Source: Octopus sinensis (lineage: Eukaryota). From it: DNA of 64,000 bases. Position numbers and translations under genes: made by a program. Under the pieces are notes generated by a model. The model searched no databases. It saw only the letters and a program-made list of their open reading frames with translations, and had not been told where the DNA came from. Below, piece by piece: positions 1 through 12,375 of the stretch (its first letter is position 1; each line of letters opens with the position of its first letter). Location of the stretch: assembly GCF_006345805.1 (NCBI RefSeq), contig NC_043012.1, positions 40,486,001-40,550,000 of the forward strand. The letters run 5' to 3'.

Positions 1-459
1 AGCTTCCCTGTTAGTTCCTCAACAGTTACAATGGCATTTTGTTCCACCAGGGTTTGCAGGACGTCCTCGTCAACCTCTACGGATCTTCCAGGATCAGGAT
101 CGTCTTGTAGGTTGCAGTCTTGGGCTTGGAATTCTGGAACCACCATTGACATTGACTTACGCTTATTGTCCAATCCTCATATACTGCATTAATATTCCTC
201 GCACTTTCCGTTGAGTTGTTTGCCTTTATTAAACTCATCAAGCAAAATACGCCGAAAATGGTCGCTTGTCACTTCCATTTTAGCTTTGAAAAAATAACTT
301 AAAATCGAGTTGCACTCAGCAAAACTTGCACTAAGAATAAGGACAAGGTAAAATTATTAACTGCTTTTATAGCAAGTTGATGCAGGCAGTTTATCCGGTC
401 CCCCTCCGACTTTTAGTTCATGCAACTGAAAAACCCGCATTATTTATGGGTTGACCCAA
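1..459 (-). mobile_element. mariner transposon, 5' part cut by the window edge; same family as 34919-36215
   Basis: Minus strand reads MEVTSDHFRRILLDEFNKGK (mariner N-terminus) then frameshifts. TIR ttgggtcaacccataaataatgcgg ends at 459, followed by TA at 460-461. Confidence 0.9.
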
Positions 460-463
460 TACT

Positions 464-595
464 TGGCGTGGCTGTGTAACAAAGTTTGCTTCCCAACCAC
501 ACGTTGGGCAAATGTCTTCTACTATAGCCTCAGAATAACTAAGGCCTCGTGAGCAGATCTGGGACACAAAAATTGAAAGTAGTCCGTCGTGTATC
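464..595 (+). mobile_element. SINE family A, degenerate 5' half
   Basis: ggctgtgt...cttcccaaccac...ttgggcaaatgtcttctactatagcc matches other A copies. Confidence 0.7.
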
Positions 596-667
596 TAATA
601 TAATAATAATAAATTTTATATATATATTAATATTATAATATATCTATATATATATATTATATATATA

Positions 668-734
<67 letters not shown>

Positions 735-770
735 TATATATATATAATATTATATATATATATATATTAC
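596..770. repeat. (TA)n microsatellite
   Basis: Direct reading. Confidence 0.95.
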
Positions 771-771
771 A

Positions 772-1123
772 GGCGCAGGAGTGGCTGTGTGGTAAGTAGC
801 TTGCCTAACCAACCACATGGTTCCGGGTTCAGTCCCACTGCGTGTGGATTTGGTAGACGGAAACTGAAAGAAGCCTGTCATATATATGATTATATGTATA
901 TGTTGTGTCTGTGTGTTTGTGTGTCTGTGTTTGTCCCCTAGCATTGCTTGACAAACCGATGCTGTGTGTTTACGTCCCCGTCACTTAGCGGTTCGGCAAA
1001 AGAGACCGATAGAATAAGCACTGGGCTTACAAAGAATAAGTCCCGGGGTCGATTTGCTCGACTAAAGGTGGTGCTCCAGCATGGCCGCGTCAAAATGACT
1101 GAAACAAGTAAAAGAATAAAAGA
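772..1123 (+). mobile_element. SINE family A (tRNA-like head, internal microsatellite, 3' module) with internal deletion
   Basis: Box A-like TGGCTGTGTGG and box B-like GGTTCAGTCCC; ends ...gactgaaacaagtaaaaga. Lacks the gcaccttgggcaag...gccttg segment seen in other copies. Confidence 0.9.
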
Positions 1124-1342
1124 GTATATATATATATTATATATATATATAATAAAATTATATATATGTACATACGTACGTATGCATGTACGTACGTGTG
1201 TATGTGCGTGTAGTCAGATGTACGACTACTTCTGTATGAGTCAGAGCTCCACGTCAATTATCATTATGCTCTCAACTTCTAGTATAGTGGTTAGTTTGCC
1301 ACTGTTCTTAGCTTTGTTACTGGTTATGATTGAAAGAGTGTA

Positions 1343-1668
1343 TGTAAGGAAAAACTGTGATAAAGAATAAAATATTTAGTTGCTACGTACGTTTCACCAT
1401 TGCACTTAACTGGAGTTCATCAGTGGATGTTACAAGTGTATTTCGATGCCTTACCGTAACGGATCCTCGGGAGAAACACTTTATGGCATTCGATCATTGA
1501 GTGAATTGAGGTGGGGGTGGGGGCAATAGAGCGTTCCCTTGATGAAACAATGCGGTTTAGCATCGAAATGAACCTGGATCATCCACCGTTGAGTTCCAAT
1601 TAACTGCAATGGTGAAATATACATAGGACGAACTAAATATTTAAACAGGTGTTTATCACAATTCCTAC

Positions 1669-1669
<1 letters not shown>
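1343..1669. repeat. ~330 bp fold-back element with ~120 bp diverged inverted arms
   Basis: Reverse complement of 1343-1462 aligns with 1548-1669 (gcatcgaaat, catccac, tgcaatggtgaaa, aactaaatattt, tttatcaca). Confidence 0.8.
1384..1423 (-). ncRNA. decayed minimal type I hammerhead ribozyme motif
   Basis: Minus strand: CTGATGA-actccagttaagtgcaatggt-GAAAC-gtac-GTA. Core intact, palindromic ACGTACGT stem III, stem II only 3 bp, stem I not paired in this copy. Confidence 0.5.
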
Positions 1670-1711
<42 letters not shown>

Positions 1712-2382
1712 AATTACGTATGCATACATATTTATATATATATGTATATATGTATTATACATTGTATATCATATATGTATGCATGTTTGTATGTATGTAT
1801 CTATTTATCTATCTACCTGTGTGTGTGTGCTCCAGCGTGGCCACAACTTTAGGGCTGAAATGTGAAAAAGAATCAAAGAATATATTAAAATGTATGTATG
1901 TGTGTATCTATGTGCGTGTGTGTATATAGACCCACTTCGGGACTATATATTACTAAGTCCGTAGGGTCACGTCTGTGCTGAGAACAATTATTCCCGAACC
2001 CCTAACGTTGAGGAATTTCTTGTTAACACGTACAACAACAACAGCAACAACAGCAGCAGCAGCAGCATTTTGTTGAAACTATGTTTGAGAGCAGCTGAAA
2101 GTGATGAAGTCACCGAGGAGTGCTTGGTCACCAAGGAGACTGGTTACCAAAGTAACCTAACTACGAAAGCAACGAATAACGAGCTTTTAAACCAATTTGC
2201 AATGAATTTCCATATTTAGAATTACTTTGGTCTCTCGTTCTTTGATGTTTAACGCAATTTCGTGTAGAACAAGATTTTTGCCAGATGCTCTGCCGTTTCC
2301 GTCAACATCACCTCCATATTGTAATTATTGTAATTATTGTAATTATTGTTGTTGTTGTTGTTGCTGCTGTCGTCGACGTTGT

Positions 2383-2600
2383 TGTTTAACACTAGGTCAG
2401 TCCTCATTGAGCAGGCCTCAGATCAAACTCGTTTCAGCCATCACTAGGCCCCTTGTTTTTCTAACCATATTGTACTATACACACTCCATCATATAATGTG
2501 TCCTTTTTTTTCAGACAGTAATGTATAATTTATGGGAGATTTGGCTGTTATTTCTTGCAGAACAAGCGACTACGTAATGTAGAATTCCTAAACTTCCATT
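2383..2600 (+). mobile_element. old interspersed repeat; related copy at 38888-39065, fragments near 3100-3275 and 21135-21310
   Basis: Shared blocks gtttaac..., atataatgt, gagatttggctgttatttct.gca, gcgactac. Confidence 0.45.
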
Positions 2601-2880
2601 GCTTGTATAGTCTAGTGTTGTTGTTGTTGTTCTTGTTGCTGTTATAGTTTAACCACCCCACTCCCCTCGGCTCTGACTCAGAAAAGTTATCAGTAAAAAT
2701 GTTCTTACCGTGACCACCACATCTGTTTTACTCTAGGAATCGTGTACCCAGAAGTTCATAACTACCTCATGTGACCTTCCATTTTTGGAGACAGTAGAAT
2801 ATAATTTAAGGACGACAAGGTTGCTATTTCTAGCAGGTTGCACGTTAGTTTTTTTGTTTTCTTCTTGTTGTTGTTTAGCT

Positions 2881-3090
2881 CAGTGGTGTAGCGGGAGTGT
2901 GTGCCACCCGGGGTAGCCCTTGAGCCTGCCGCTCCCCTCCCCACACACCGGGGCCCCCAATCCTATTCAGGATTATACAGCAAACCCAAAAGTGCAGCCC
3001 CAGAAAAACACAGCTAAGGACGGACCGGCCCCTAATCCTACCTCATCGACCCACCCGTTTCCCTTGCTCCCCACGCCAGCTAGGCTACTG
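2881..3090. mobile_element. probable hAT-like MITE
   Basis: GC-rich island bounded by cagtggtgtagc / gctaggctactg (9/12 inverted match); flanking 8-mers gtttagct and gcttagtc match only 5/8. Confidence 0.4.
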
Positions 3091-3281
3091 GCTTAGTCCC
3101 AGGTTAATCCTTAATTAGGAGACCTATGATTAACGGTGCTCCAAATATGACCGTCCCATAGAAGTAGAGTATGTTGAACGTATTATTGTTTACTGTTGGT
3201 GTGTAACTCCAAATCACATTAATCGAGCAGATTTACAACCAAAGACATGCTGGCCGTGGCCATCCAGTCTTTTTGTAGAAC

Positions 3282-3399
3282 CATGTGGTCTTGGGTGCAG
3301 CTCACTGTGCGGCACCTTGAGTAAGTGTTTTCTATCATAGCCTCGCTCCTGCTAAAGTCTCGTGAGTGAATTTGGTCAACGGAAACTGAAATAAGTCAG

Positions 3400-3450
<51 letters not shown>

Positions 3451-3990
3451 ACACACACACACATACATACACTCATGCACACATACACACATAAAGACAC
3501 TCACAGACATATACATATACACGCACATGCACACACAGACACAGACACACTCACACATAAATACACAAACGTACATACACACACATTCACACACAAACAC
3601 TCATACATGTACATATGGGAAGCTTCCCTTAGTTTCCGTCTCCCAAATTCACTCACGAGGACTTCGTCCATCCGTGGCAAAAGTAGAAGGGTCTTGCCAA
3701 AGATGCCGCGCAGTCGGACGAACCCGAGGAAGCAAGATTTTAAACCACACACCCACGTATATGAGTTTGGTTTGTGTGTGGGGGGGGGCGGGGTTGTCCC
3801 TCACCACTGTTTGACAATCGGTGTTGATTAGTATACATCGTCTAACTTAGCGGTTCGACAAAAGTGATCGACAGAATAAGTAACAAATTTGAAAAGAAAT
3901 ATATAAGTAATGGGGTCGATTTATTCGCCCAAACCCTTCAAGGCCGTGCTCCAGCATGACCGCAGTCGAATGACTGAAGCAAGTCAAAGA
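3282..3990 (+). mobile_element. SINE A split by a (CA)n tract and an inverted A 5' half (3618-3758, minus)
   Basis: A-left 3282-3399 (+), A-left 3618-3758 (-), A-right 3795-3990 (+). Confidence 0.7.
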
Positions 3991-4189
3991 CAGAAGCCAG
4001 GACGATATGCTGCGACTGGAGTGAGATTTAGTTGCTATTTCTAGCATTTTTGAGCAACCGGGTTGAAGTTTCCTCGTCGCTTCGTGTCAAGCGTGGAGAA
4101 GGGAGATAATCTGGAAATGAAGCGTGTCATTGGGATTAGAGCATGAGGATTATAGGATAGATAGGATTAAAGATGGGAAGGATTAGTGA

Positions 4190-4575
4190 GGACAAAGTGA
4201 AAGAGAAGAGGAGGTGAAGGGGCGGGGTATAGGGATGGGTGAAGAAAAGGGAAAAGGGAAGGGCGGAGAGGGAGAGAAAGCAGAAGACAGGAGAAGGGGA
4301 GAGAAATAGGTGAGATAAAGGAAGAAAGGAAGGAAAAAGAGGGTAGGGAAAGAAGGCAGTGGGAAAAGGGGGAAGAAGGGGAAGGAAAGGGAGATGGGGA
4401 TAGGGAGTTGGTTAGGAAGAGGGGGGGAAGAGAGAGAGGGGTGAAAAGAGAAAGAGGAAGACAGGTGAGAGAGAGGGAAGATGGAGAGAGAGAGAAGGAG
4501 AGGTAATGGGGAAAAGCAGGAGGAGAGAGAGGAAAGAGAGAGAAAAATGGAGAGAAAGAGGGAGGGTAAGAGTGA
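4190..4575. repeat. long polypurine (GA-rich) low-complexity tract
   Basis: Strongly G/A-biased on the plus strand; source of the spurious 156-aa ORF. Confidence 0.9.
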
Positions 4576-4724
4576 CGGTTAGATAACAGAATAAAACTGT
4601 CCAATGTAAGATGTTTCATTTGGGAACCCAAAGCCAATTGTATGGGGGCCGGAGGGGTTGGACTGAGGTCTTTGGTCCTTTATTACAGCTCCGTCTTCAT
4701 CAAGAATGATTTATAGAATTGTTG

Positions 4725-4950
4725 GTTTCAAATTCTAGCACAAGGCTAGCAATTTCAGGAGAGGGGTCTAGTTTATTATATCGACCCTCAGTGCTCAATT
4801 TGTGCTTATTTTATCCGACCCCCCCCATACCCACCCGAAAGGATTAAAGGCAAAGTCGACGACCCCGGCATCATTTGAACTCAGAACGTAAAGATGGACG
4901 AAGTACCACTAAGCATTTTGTCCGGTGTGCTAACGATTCTGCCAGCTCAT
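4725..4950 (-). mobile_element. SINE family B, diverged
   Basis: Reverse complement of gagctggcagaatcgttagcac...gagttcaaat...gtcgactttgccttt.atcctttcggg. Confidence 0.8.
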
Positions 4951-5716
4951 AACCTGATTTATAGGAATATTAAATCGATCCACAATGATTGACCGGTACT
5001 TTAGCTTATCGATCCCAGAAAGAATAAAAGAAAAAACAAAGAGGACTCGGCGAGATTCGAACGCAGAGCACGGTGGGTCGTGACAAATGCTACAAAATAT
5101 ACGAAGTATTCTTCCGTGTGACTCGGCCAATTAGCGGGTATCTACGTAACGAAATATCGCCGATACCCGATAGGGTAGTGGTTAGTTCTTCCACGCCAGC
5201 GACACCAACGCTTTTACCCTCTCCTTCTCCACCACTTGCGGCAGAACCAACACCACTGCCACCATCATCATCAGCAGCAGCAGCAGCAACACCACCAACA
5301 CCAACATCATCATCCATACAACCTCTTTCTCCACCACCATCATCATCATTTCATTGCTATCGTTTGTTATGACCATTGTAAAATCGTTCAGAATTCAGAC
5401 ACCTGCCACTGCTCTCTCCCACCGTCACTTTTTGTTAAATTATATATTTTAGTGAATATTGCTCTCATAAAACCCATTGCAGTGAATTATAAGGTGCGCA
5501 TTTGCTGGTCGTTGACTTTGCTTGGAATTCGTATTATATATTTACGAACTTAAGATTTCAGGTATATTTATGGGAAATCATAGAGGAGAGAAAGAGAGAG
5601 AGAGAGAGAAGCTGTAGGTTTTGCGTTTGTTTTGGATTAGATGAACACATCCACAGGTAGCTGACCTCATGGACTGGACTTAGTGATGACTGGATAGATC
5701 AATAGACAACCAGACA

Positions 5717-5725
5717 GATAGATAG

Positions 5726-5809
<84 letters not shown>

Positions 5810-5867
5810 GGATGGATACAATGATAAACATATAGACAGACAGAAAAATAGATCTATCTATCTATCT

Positions 5868-5910
<43 letters not shown>

Positions 5911-5950
5911 GTACATTCATCTATCTATCTATTTATCTACCAATCTATCT
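5717..5950. repeat. (GATA)n followed by complementary (TATC)n
   Basis: (GATA)n 5717-5808, ~45 bp spacer, (TCTA)n 5851-5950. Confidence 0.9.
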
Positions 5951-6489
5951 ATCATGGCACACACACACACAAGGATTATCAGTAAATCGGGTCTAATTCA
6001 CTTTGTAAACTTTGTAAAAAATATGTTTTTTCAATACGATTCTTGCCATTAAAAATTTAAACTTAGATTTCAAAATTAAAATCTTAAAGCAGACATTGAC
6101 CCAAATTCAAAATAACACAGCAGCAATCAGTGGCTGCTGCATGTTACAAAACCCTCCGTCGTCTCTTGCCCAATTCGGACGCCCCGATTTTCTCCTAACC
6201 TTGAACCAACGTTAGAAATCAATTGTCTTTGTTTGACCAAGAAATCTCACAGCTCTTCGACTGTGGTCTCCTAAGATAATTAATTGATTAATCCTACATC
6301 CTCCGACCCATCCAACTCGTTATTTGCGATCGGCTTTCCAGGAACCGATGCTGTATGAGTCATCTTTTGGCAGATGAAATGCCGTCGTTATCAAAAGAAT
6401 TAAAGGGGAGGTGGTGGTGTTGAGGTGCGGATGGGGGAGGAAGGTTTTTGAAGAATTTTTTTTTTGCAGTTTACATGAATTTTCCTCTC

Positions 6490-6657
6490 TGTGTGGTGAG
6501 AACTTTGCTTGCCAACCACATGGTTCCGGGTTCAATGCATGACACCTTGAGCAAGTCTCTTCTACTGTAACCCTAGACTGATTAAAACTTTGTGAGTGGA
6601 TTAGGTTGGCGGAACGGAAACTGGAAGAACCCCGTCGTGTGTGTGTATATGTATGTA

Positions 6658-6724
<67 letters not shown>

Positions 6725-7115
6725 GTGTGTGTATATGTATGTAAGTATATATATATAAATATGTGGTGTGTATATGTATGTAAGTATATATATATATAAT
6801 ATATGTGTGTGTATTCTTTTATACCTTTCGGGCTTAATGCTGTGGTCATGCTGGAGTAGCGCTTGTGGAAATATTATATGGCAATGTATGTATATATGTA
6901 TGTGTGTGTGTATGAATGTGCGTGTGTGTCCTTGTGTTCCTGTGATTGTGCGCCGCCATTACTTGACAATCGGTATGAATTAGTTTACGGCCCCTGTTGT
7001 CTAGCGGTTCGGCAGAGGAGACCGATAGAATAAGTATTAGTCGATGTGTTCGCCAAAACTCCCCAAGACGGTACCCCAGCATGGCCGCAGTCTGAAATAT
7101 ATACAAAAGATAAAA
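6490..7115 (+). mobile_element. SINE A with expanded microsatellite spacer
   Basis: A-left 6490-6640 and A-right 6940-7115. Confidence 0.8.
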
Positions 7116-7649
7116 GATAAAAGAATCTCCCAAGATTCTATATTCAGGTATCGATTCTTCAAACACAAAACATAATTCGAAGAAGTGAAACAAATATTGA
7201 TTCAGAAGGTGAAGCATTAAAAAAACCAAGCATTTTCCGCGAAGAATACAATCGATTCCACTAACGCAAGCAATTGTCTTTGATATATTTTATTTCATCG
7301 ATCTCTGTGAGACGATAGACAAAAATCACTTTCGGCAAGATTTGAACCTAGAACTTAAAGAATAGCCACTGAATATCGCATTTATGGCTGTCTGATAAAG
7401 AAGCTCGTTTCGGAACTGCCCGCTCTTGGAACTACCCGCTCTTGGAACAACCCACTTTGGGAACTGCCTGCTTTGAAAAGCTCCACTAATCCTCAACATT
7501 GCGGTATTTAATAAGAAAATTCCACTTTCATCCTCTATGGTAGAACTTCGCTTTTATGAAGACTTAAGGTTATTCTTAGGAATTTAGGCCAGTATGTTAT
7601 TCAATAATAATATTAATAATAATTATAATAATAATAATGATAATTCTTT

Positions 7650-7830
7650 GTACTAAAGGCACAAGGCCTGAAATTTTGTGGGAGGAGTGTCAGTCGATTA
7701 GATCGACCCTGTACACGCAACTGGTACTTAATTTATCGACCCCGAAAGGATGAAAGGCAAAGTCGATCTCGGCGGGATTTGAACTCAGAACGTACAGATT
7801 CGCGCCCACGATTCTGCCAGCTCGCCACCT
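7650..7830 (-). mobile_element. SINE family B (tail B2)
   Basis: Reverse complement of the B consensus, ending ...aggccttgtgcctttagtacaaagaattat. Confidence 0.85.
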
Positions 7831-8171
7831 TAATAACAACAACAATACAATCTGTTGTGTTATCCTTCTTTTTTCTTTTTTTTTTCTAAATTTTTCAATT
7901 ATAAAAGTAATTATTGACACCCTATACATGTATGTATGTATGTATGAATGTATGTATGTATGTATGTATGTATGTATAAATATATCTATATAAATATATA
8001 TATATAAATATTTAAGTAGGTGAATGAATTATCCTATGTTTATCGTCAGCATGGAAAATTCGTTTAACCGAAACCTGGGTAGCAAATTCACGTCAGAAAC
8101 ACGGTTGAAGCGACCTGTCAAGGGTAGAAACTCCGGGTTCATGTGCAGAAATTTGTGTGTTGTTTATGAAG

Positions 8172-8265
8172 AAATGAAAAAATGGAGTCGAACGAAGATG
8201 TTAACAAAATTCCTTTACTCTCAGGAATTTTGTTAACATCTTCGTTCGACTCCATTCTTTCATTT
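8172..8265. repeat. near-perfect hairpin, 43-bp arms and 8-nt loop
   Basis: aatggagtcgaacgaagatgttaacaaaattcct-ttactctc-aggaattttgttaacatcttcgttcgactccatt (34 bp perfect), extended by one mismatch plus 8 bp. Confidence 0.95.
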
Positions 8266-8343
8266 ATTTATATATATATATAAATATATATATATTTATA
8301 TTATATTTATATTTATATATATTTATATACATACATATATATA

Positions 8344-8407
<64 letters not shown>

Positions 8408-8515
8408 CGATACGGAGAAAATAATTCACGAGAAAATAAATTGCGAAGATATCATTGACTCTATTATTATCTAGTGTAGCAGTTTAAAAATATAATAGTA
8501 GAAATCCTTCAGCTG

Positions 8516-8610
<95 letters not shown>

Positions 8611-8702
8611 TGTGTGTGTGTGTGTATGTGTGTGTGTGTGGCCTCTGGGTGTGTGTATTTATAGATATCTAATCCCGATACACTTTTCTGCCTCCGTTTC
8701 TT

Positions 8703-8773
<71 letters not shown>

Positions 8774-8784
8774 TTCTCATCTCT

Positions 8785-8900
8785 TTTTGTCGAAGAGCGT
8801 AGGCTCGAAACGTCTAAGACTTTTCCGTTTTTCCCGTGCGTCAAACAAATACGCTTGCTTGTTGTTCCCTCGCCTTTTTTTATTTGTTGTCCATTTGAAC
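8785..8900 (+). mobile_element. short repeat with gaagagcgtaggctcgaaacg motif, possibly a Penelope-like terminal relic; second copy at 17030-17200 (minus)
   Basis: GAGC-gtag-GCTC hairpin followed by GAAACGTC, present in both copies. Confidence 0.55.
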
Positions 8901-8911
8901 CATACACACAT

Positions 8912-8950
<39 letters not shown>

Positions 8951-9414
8951 CACGCTCACACATACATATATAGACATTCGAAAAATCAATCCGAATTTAG
9001 ATTCGTCATTCTCTCTGTCCGGTCTAAAAGTCAGGAAACTTACCATTGTTGCTCCTATTGTGGTCCAGGAATTAATTTATTATTAACAAGGTGGAGTCAT
9101 CACCGCCCATCCATCGATCTTTTTCCCAACCTTTTTATATCCCTTGGGCTCAATTATTACCGTTAATATTGAGTGTGGGGCGGGCAGAGTGGTTGGGCAA
9201 CGTCATTAAAATGACGAATAGCTATTTCCCGGTAATTCGTTACATCTCATCGCGTTCTGAGTTCGATTCCCGCTGGGAACAAAACATTCTCTTTTATCTT
9301 TTTCGGAGTTGATGTAAAATAATACCAGTCAATATTTGATCGATTAAATCGATTGTATAATGAGTATTCAATAGCAGAAGAGCATTTGATGGGCAGAAAG
9401 GTTAGAGCACGGAA

Positions 9415-9830
9415 GGCGTCGAGCTGGCAGAAGCGTTAGCACGCCGGGCGAAATGCTTAGCAGTATTTCGTCTGCGATTACGTTCTGAGTTCAAATTCCG
9501 CCGAGGTCGACTTTGCCTTTCATCCTTTCGGGGTCGATTAAATAAGTACCATTACGCACTGGGATCGATGTAATCGACTTAAACCGTTTATCTGTCCTTG
9601 TTTTTAATCTCTGTGTTTAGCTCCTTGTGGGTAGTAAAGAAATAGGTACTTCGTCTGCCGCTATGTTCTGTGTTCAAATTTCGCCGAGGTCGACTTTGCC
9701 TTTCATCCTTTCGAGATCGATAAATTAAGTACCAGCTACGCACTGGGGTCGATGTAATCGACTTAATCCTCTTGTCTGTCCTTGTTTGTCCCCTCTATGC
9801 TTTGCCCTTTGTGGGCAATAAAGAAATAAG
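9415..9830 (+). mobile_element. SINE B tandem dimer (full unit plus 5'-truncated unit)
   Basis: Box B GAGTTCAAATTCC; junction aaagaaata|ggtacttcgtctg at 9644/9645. Confidence 0.9.
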
Positions 9831-9991
9831 AAAGGTTAGAACAGCTGACAAAACGGTTTTCAGTATGTAGTTAAACGCCTTTAATCTATAAATTAAAGTA
9901 CCAGTTATATACTGGTCTACTATAACCGGCTGATAAATTAAAGTACCAACAATGTACTTGACTTCACACAATATGAGAGTGTAGTACAACT

Positions 9992-10313
9992 GCCATTCCA
10001 CCGGTTACGACGACGAATGTTCCAGTTGATCGAATCAACGGAACAGCTTGCTCATGAAATTAACGTGCAAGTGGCTGAGTACTCCACGGACACGCGTACC
10101 CCCTTACCTTAGTTCTTAGGGAGGTTCAGCATGACACAAAATATGACAAGGCTGGCCCCCTTTGAATTACAGGTACAACTCATTTTTGCCAGTCAAGTGG
10201 ACTGGCGCAACGTGAAATAAAGAGATTTACCCAAGGACACAATGCGTCACCGAGAATCGAACTCACGATTTTACGATTGTAAGCTGAATACCCAAACCAC
10301 TGAATCACGCGCC
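9992..10313 (-). mobile_element. SINE head D + CORE-like domain + tail ii
   Basis: Minus strand: gtgagttcgattctc...gtgtccttggg...ttcacgttgcgccagtccac...ccagccttgtca...tcgtcgtaaccgg. Confidence 0.8.
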
Positions 10314-10338
10314 TTCACAGGGAATGATACAAGGGGTA

Positions 10339-10508
10339 CCGCATTTTAACGTGTGTTAGGAGCCCTTTCTTTTTTTTTGTCAAAAATTAGGTTAAAAAAA
10401 TTTGAGAGTTTCTCATATATGGCTAATATTAGAATCCCCCACAAAACCGTTTTCTCCAAATTTTAAGCCCTCAAAATTAGGGGGTTCCTTATTTACGTTA
10501 AAATACGG
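10339..10508. mobile_element. Tc1/pogo-type MITE, 170 bp
   Basis: TA|ccgcattttaacgtgtgttagga ... tccttatttacgttaaaatacgg|TA; TIRs plus TA TSD. Confidence 0.8.
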
Positions 10509-11106
10509 TATTTTGTATCCAAGTTTGGATATTTTCTAGTTTCTCATAGAAAAATTTGCATATATTGAAGACAGGCGTTGACTGAAGGGAAGGACCACCC
10601 AACACCGAAAGAAACCTCGTAACCTCTGTCAAAAATTCCGCTCAAAGACCCTAATGGCAGCAAAGCTTATAAGGTAAATGCTTATGTCTTTCTTTGTGGG
10701 GACGGTGCTGGTGGTGCTGGTGGTGGGGGTCGGGGAAAGGAAGATCTTTACCCTTTTATCAGCTGGTGCCATTCAGTTCGCCATGACTTGAGCCAATTTT
10801 TGGTCGAAATATATCAAAGTTTATCTTTGTTTAAATGAAAAAATACCACACGAAATATATGCTCCAACCTGTTCTTTCTCTCAATGCCCTTGAGGCAAAT
10901 ATACAAGCGATTTCACTTTTCCTTTTGGAGTCATTTTTATTTTTTATTTTATTTTTCGTCAAATTTTAAAATCTTTTCTGATATTTTTTCCTATCTATTT
11001 TCTCATATTCTGCATAAAACCCGACCGTTTTTTTGACTTTCTTTTTTCTGTAATTTATATTTCTATAGCTCACTCACCTGCCACCCTTGTGGCAAATAAC
11101 AGAATC

Positions 11107-11160
<54 letters not shown>

Positions 11161-12066
11161 CATTACGTGTTGCCTTCGATATTTTGCTAATATCGCAATG
11201 GTGGGCAAAGCAGCGTGCTGCCATGGATATCGTGAATCATAGCCAGGCTTTGTTCATGAGAAAACCTCATTAATCGAGAGGTTTACCAGGTACCTGGGTG
11301 GGTGCGGTCGCAGTGGTGGTGGCGCTGGTAGAGGTGCAGACTAAATGGTCTAACACAGATTCTAGAGATGATGTGTAATCCTTAATAACGGAACGGTGGG
11401 GTTGGAGGGGAGAGAAAAAAGAGAGAGAGAGAGAGATAGGGTGTATAGAGAGGGAAAGAGAGAGGGAGAATACAGAGAGAGAAAGAGAGAATGTGTGTGT
11501 TTGTGTGTGTGAGAGTGAGTGAGAGAGAGAGAGAGAATGAATGAGAATTAGAGCAAGTGAGAGAGAGAGAGAAGAACAGAGTGAGTCAGAGAGACGTAGA
11601 GAGAGAAAGAGGGACACAAAAGAAAGAGTGAGTGAGAGAAGAAAACATGAAGAGTGAGGTGTAGGCCCCTCCCTCCTACAGCTACCACCCCCACATTCAC
11701 ATGACCACCACTACAACCACCACCACCACCACAACCACAACCACAACCACCACAACCATCGCCACTACAAAATAAATAAATAAAATAAAATGATGCAAAA
11801 ATCTGTGGTGTGTATATGTGGGGTGGGGGTAAGGGCGAGATTCTTCGCTGTTATTTTTAATTAAGCGGGGATTAATGTGAAGAAGGATGCGGGAAGGAAG
11901 TGGAAGGTGAATAGGGAGGGGGTGGTTGGGGTCGGTGCTCCGAATATGTTTAAAGGTAACAGGAAGGTTTCGCCAGGTGTACCTGAAAACAGCAATATTT
12001 CATGCGTCCATATACCTTATACATATATACACACACACACACAGACCCACAGAGACACACACACAG

Positions 12067-12104
<38 letters not shown>

Positions 12105-12124
12105 TCACATATATACATATATAC

Positions 12125-12157
<33 letters not shown>

Positions 12158-12224
12158 AGTTATACAAAACCATAAATAAGAACAGCTTGGCAGAATCTAA
12201 CACAAGTAATATTCGGCAGACCGA

Positions 12225-12375
12225 GAGAGCTGTTGCCGGGCGATCTGCCGTTACGTTCTGAGTTCAAATTCCGCCGAGGTCGAGAAAATTAAGTACCAGT
12301 AACGCACTGGGGTCGATATAATCAACTGGCCCCCTCCCCAAACGTTTCGGGCCTTGTGCGTAGAGTCGAAAAGAC
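12225..12375 (+). mobile_element. SINE B, internally deleted (tail B2)
   Basis: ttctgagttcaaattccgccgaggtcga joined directly to aaattaagtaccag. Confidence 0.8.

Noticed and set aside
948-1370. Recurrent SPSLSGSAKETDRISTGLTKNKS-type ORFs at many loci
   Set aside because: They are translations of the SINE A 3' module, with frames broken differently in each copy.
5073-5553. Pro/Ser-rich and poly-Q/H ORFs
   Set aside because: Trinucleotide low-complexity sequence with overlapping ORFs on both strands and no convincing splice context.
7400-7480. Five ~16-bp tandem units (gcccgctcttggaact); considered as CRISPR-like, as were the other arrays
   Set aside because: No unique spacers and a eukaryotic context; an ordinary short tandem repeat.
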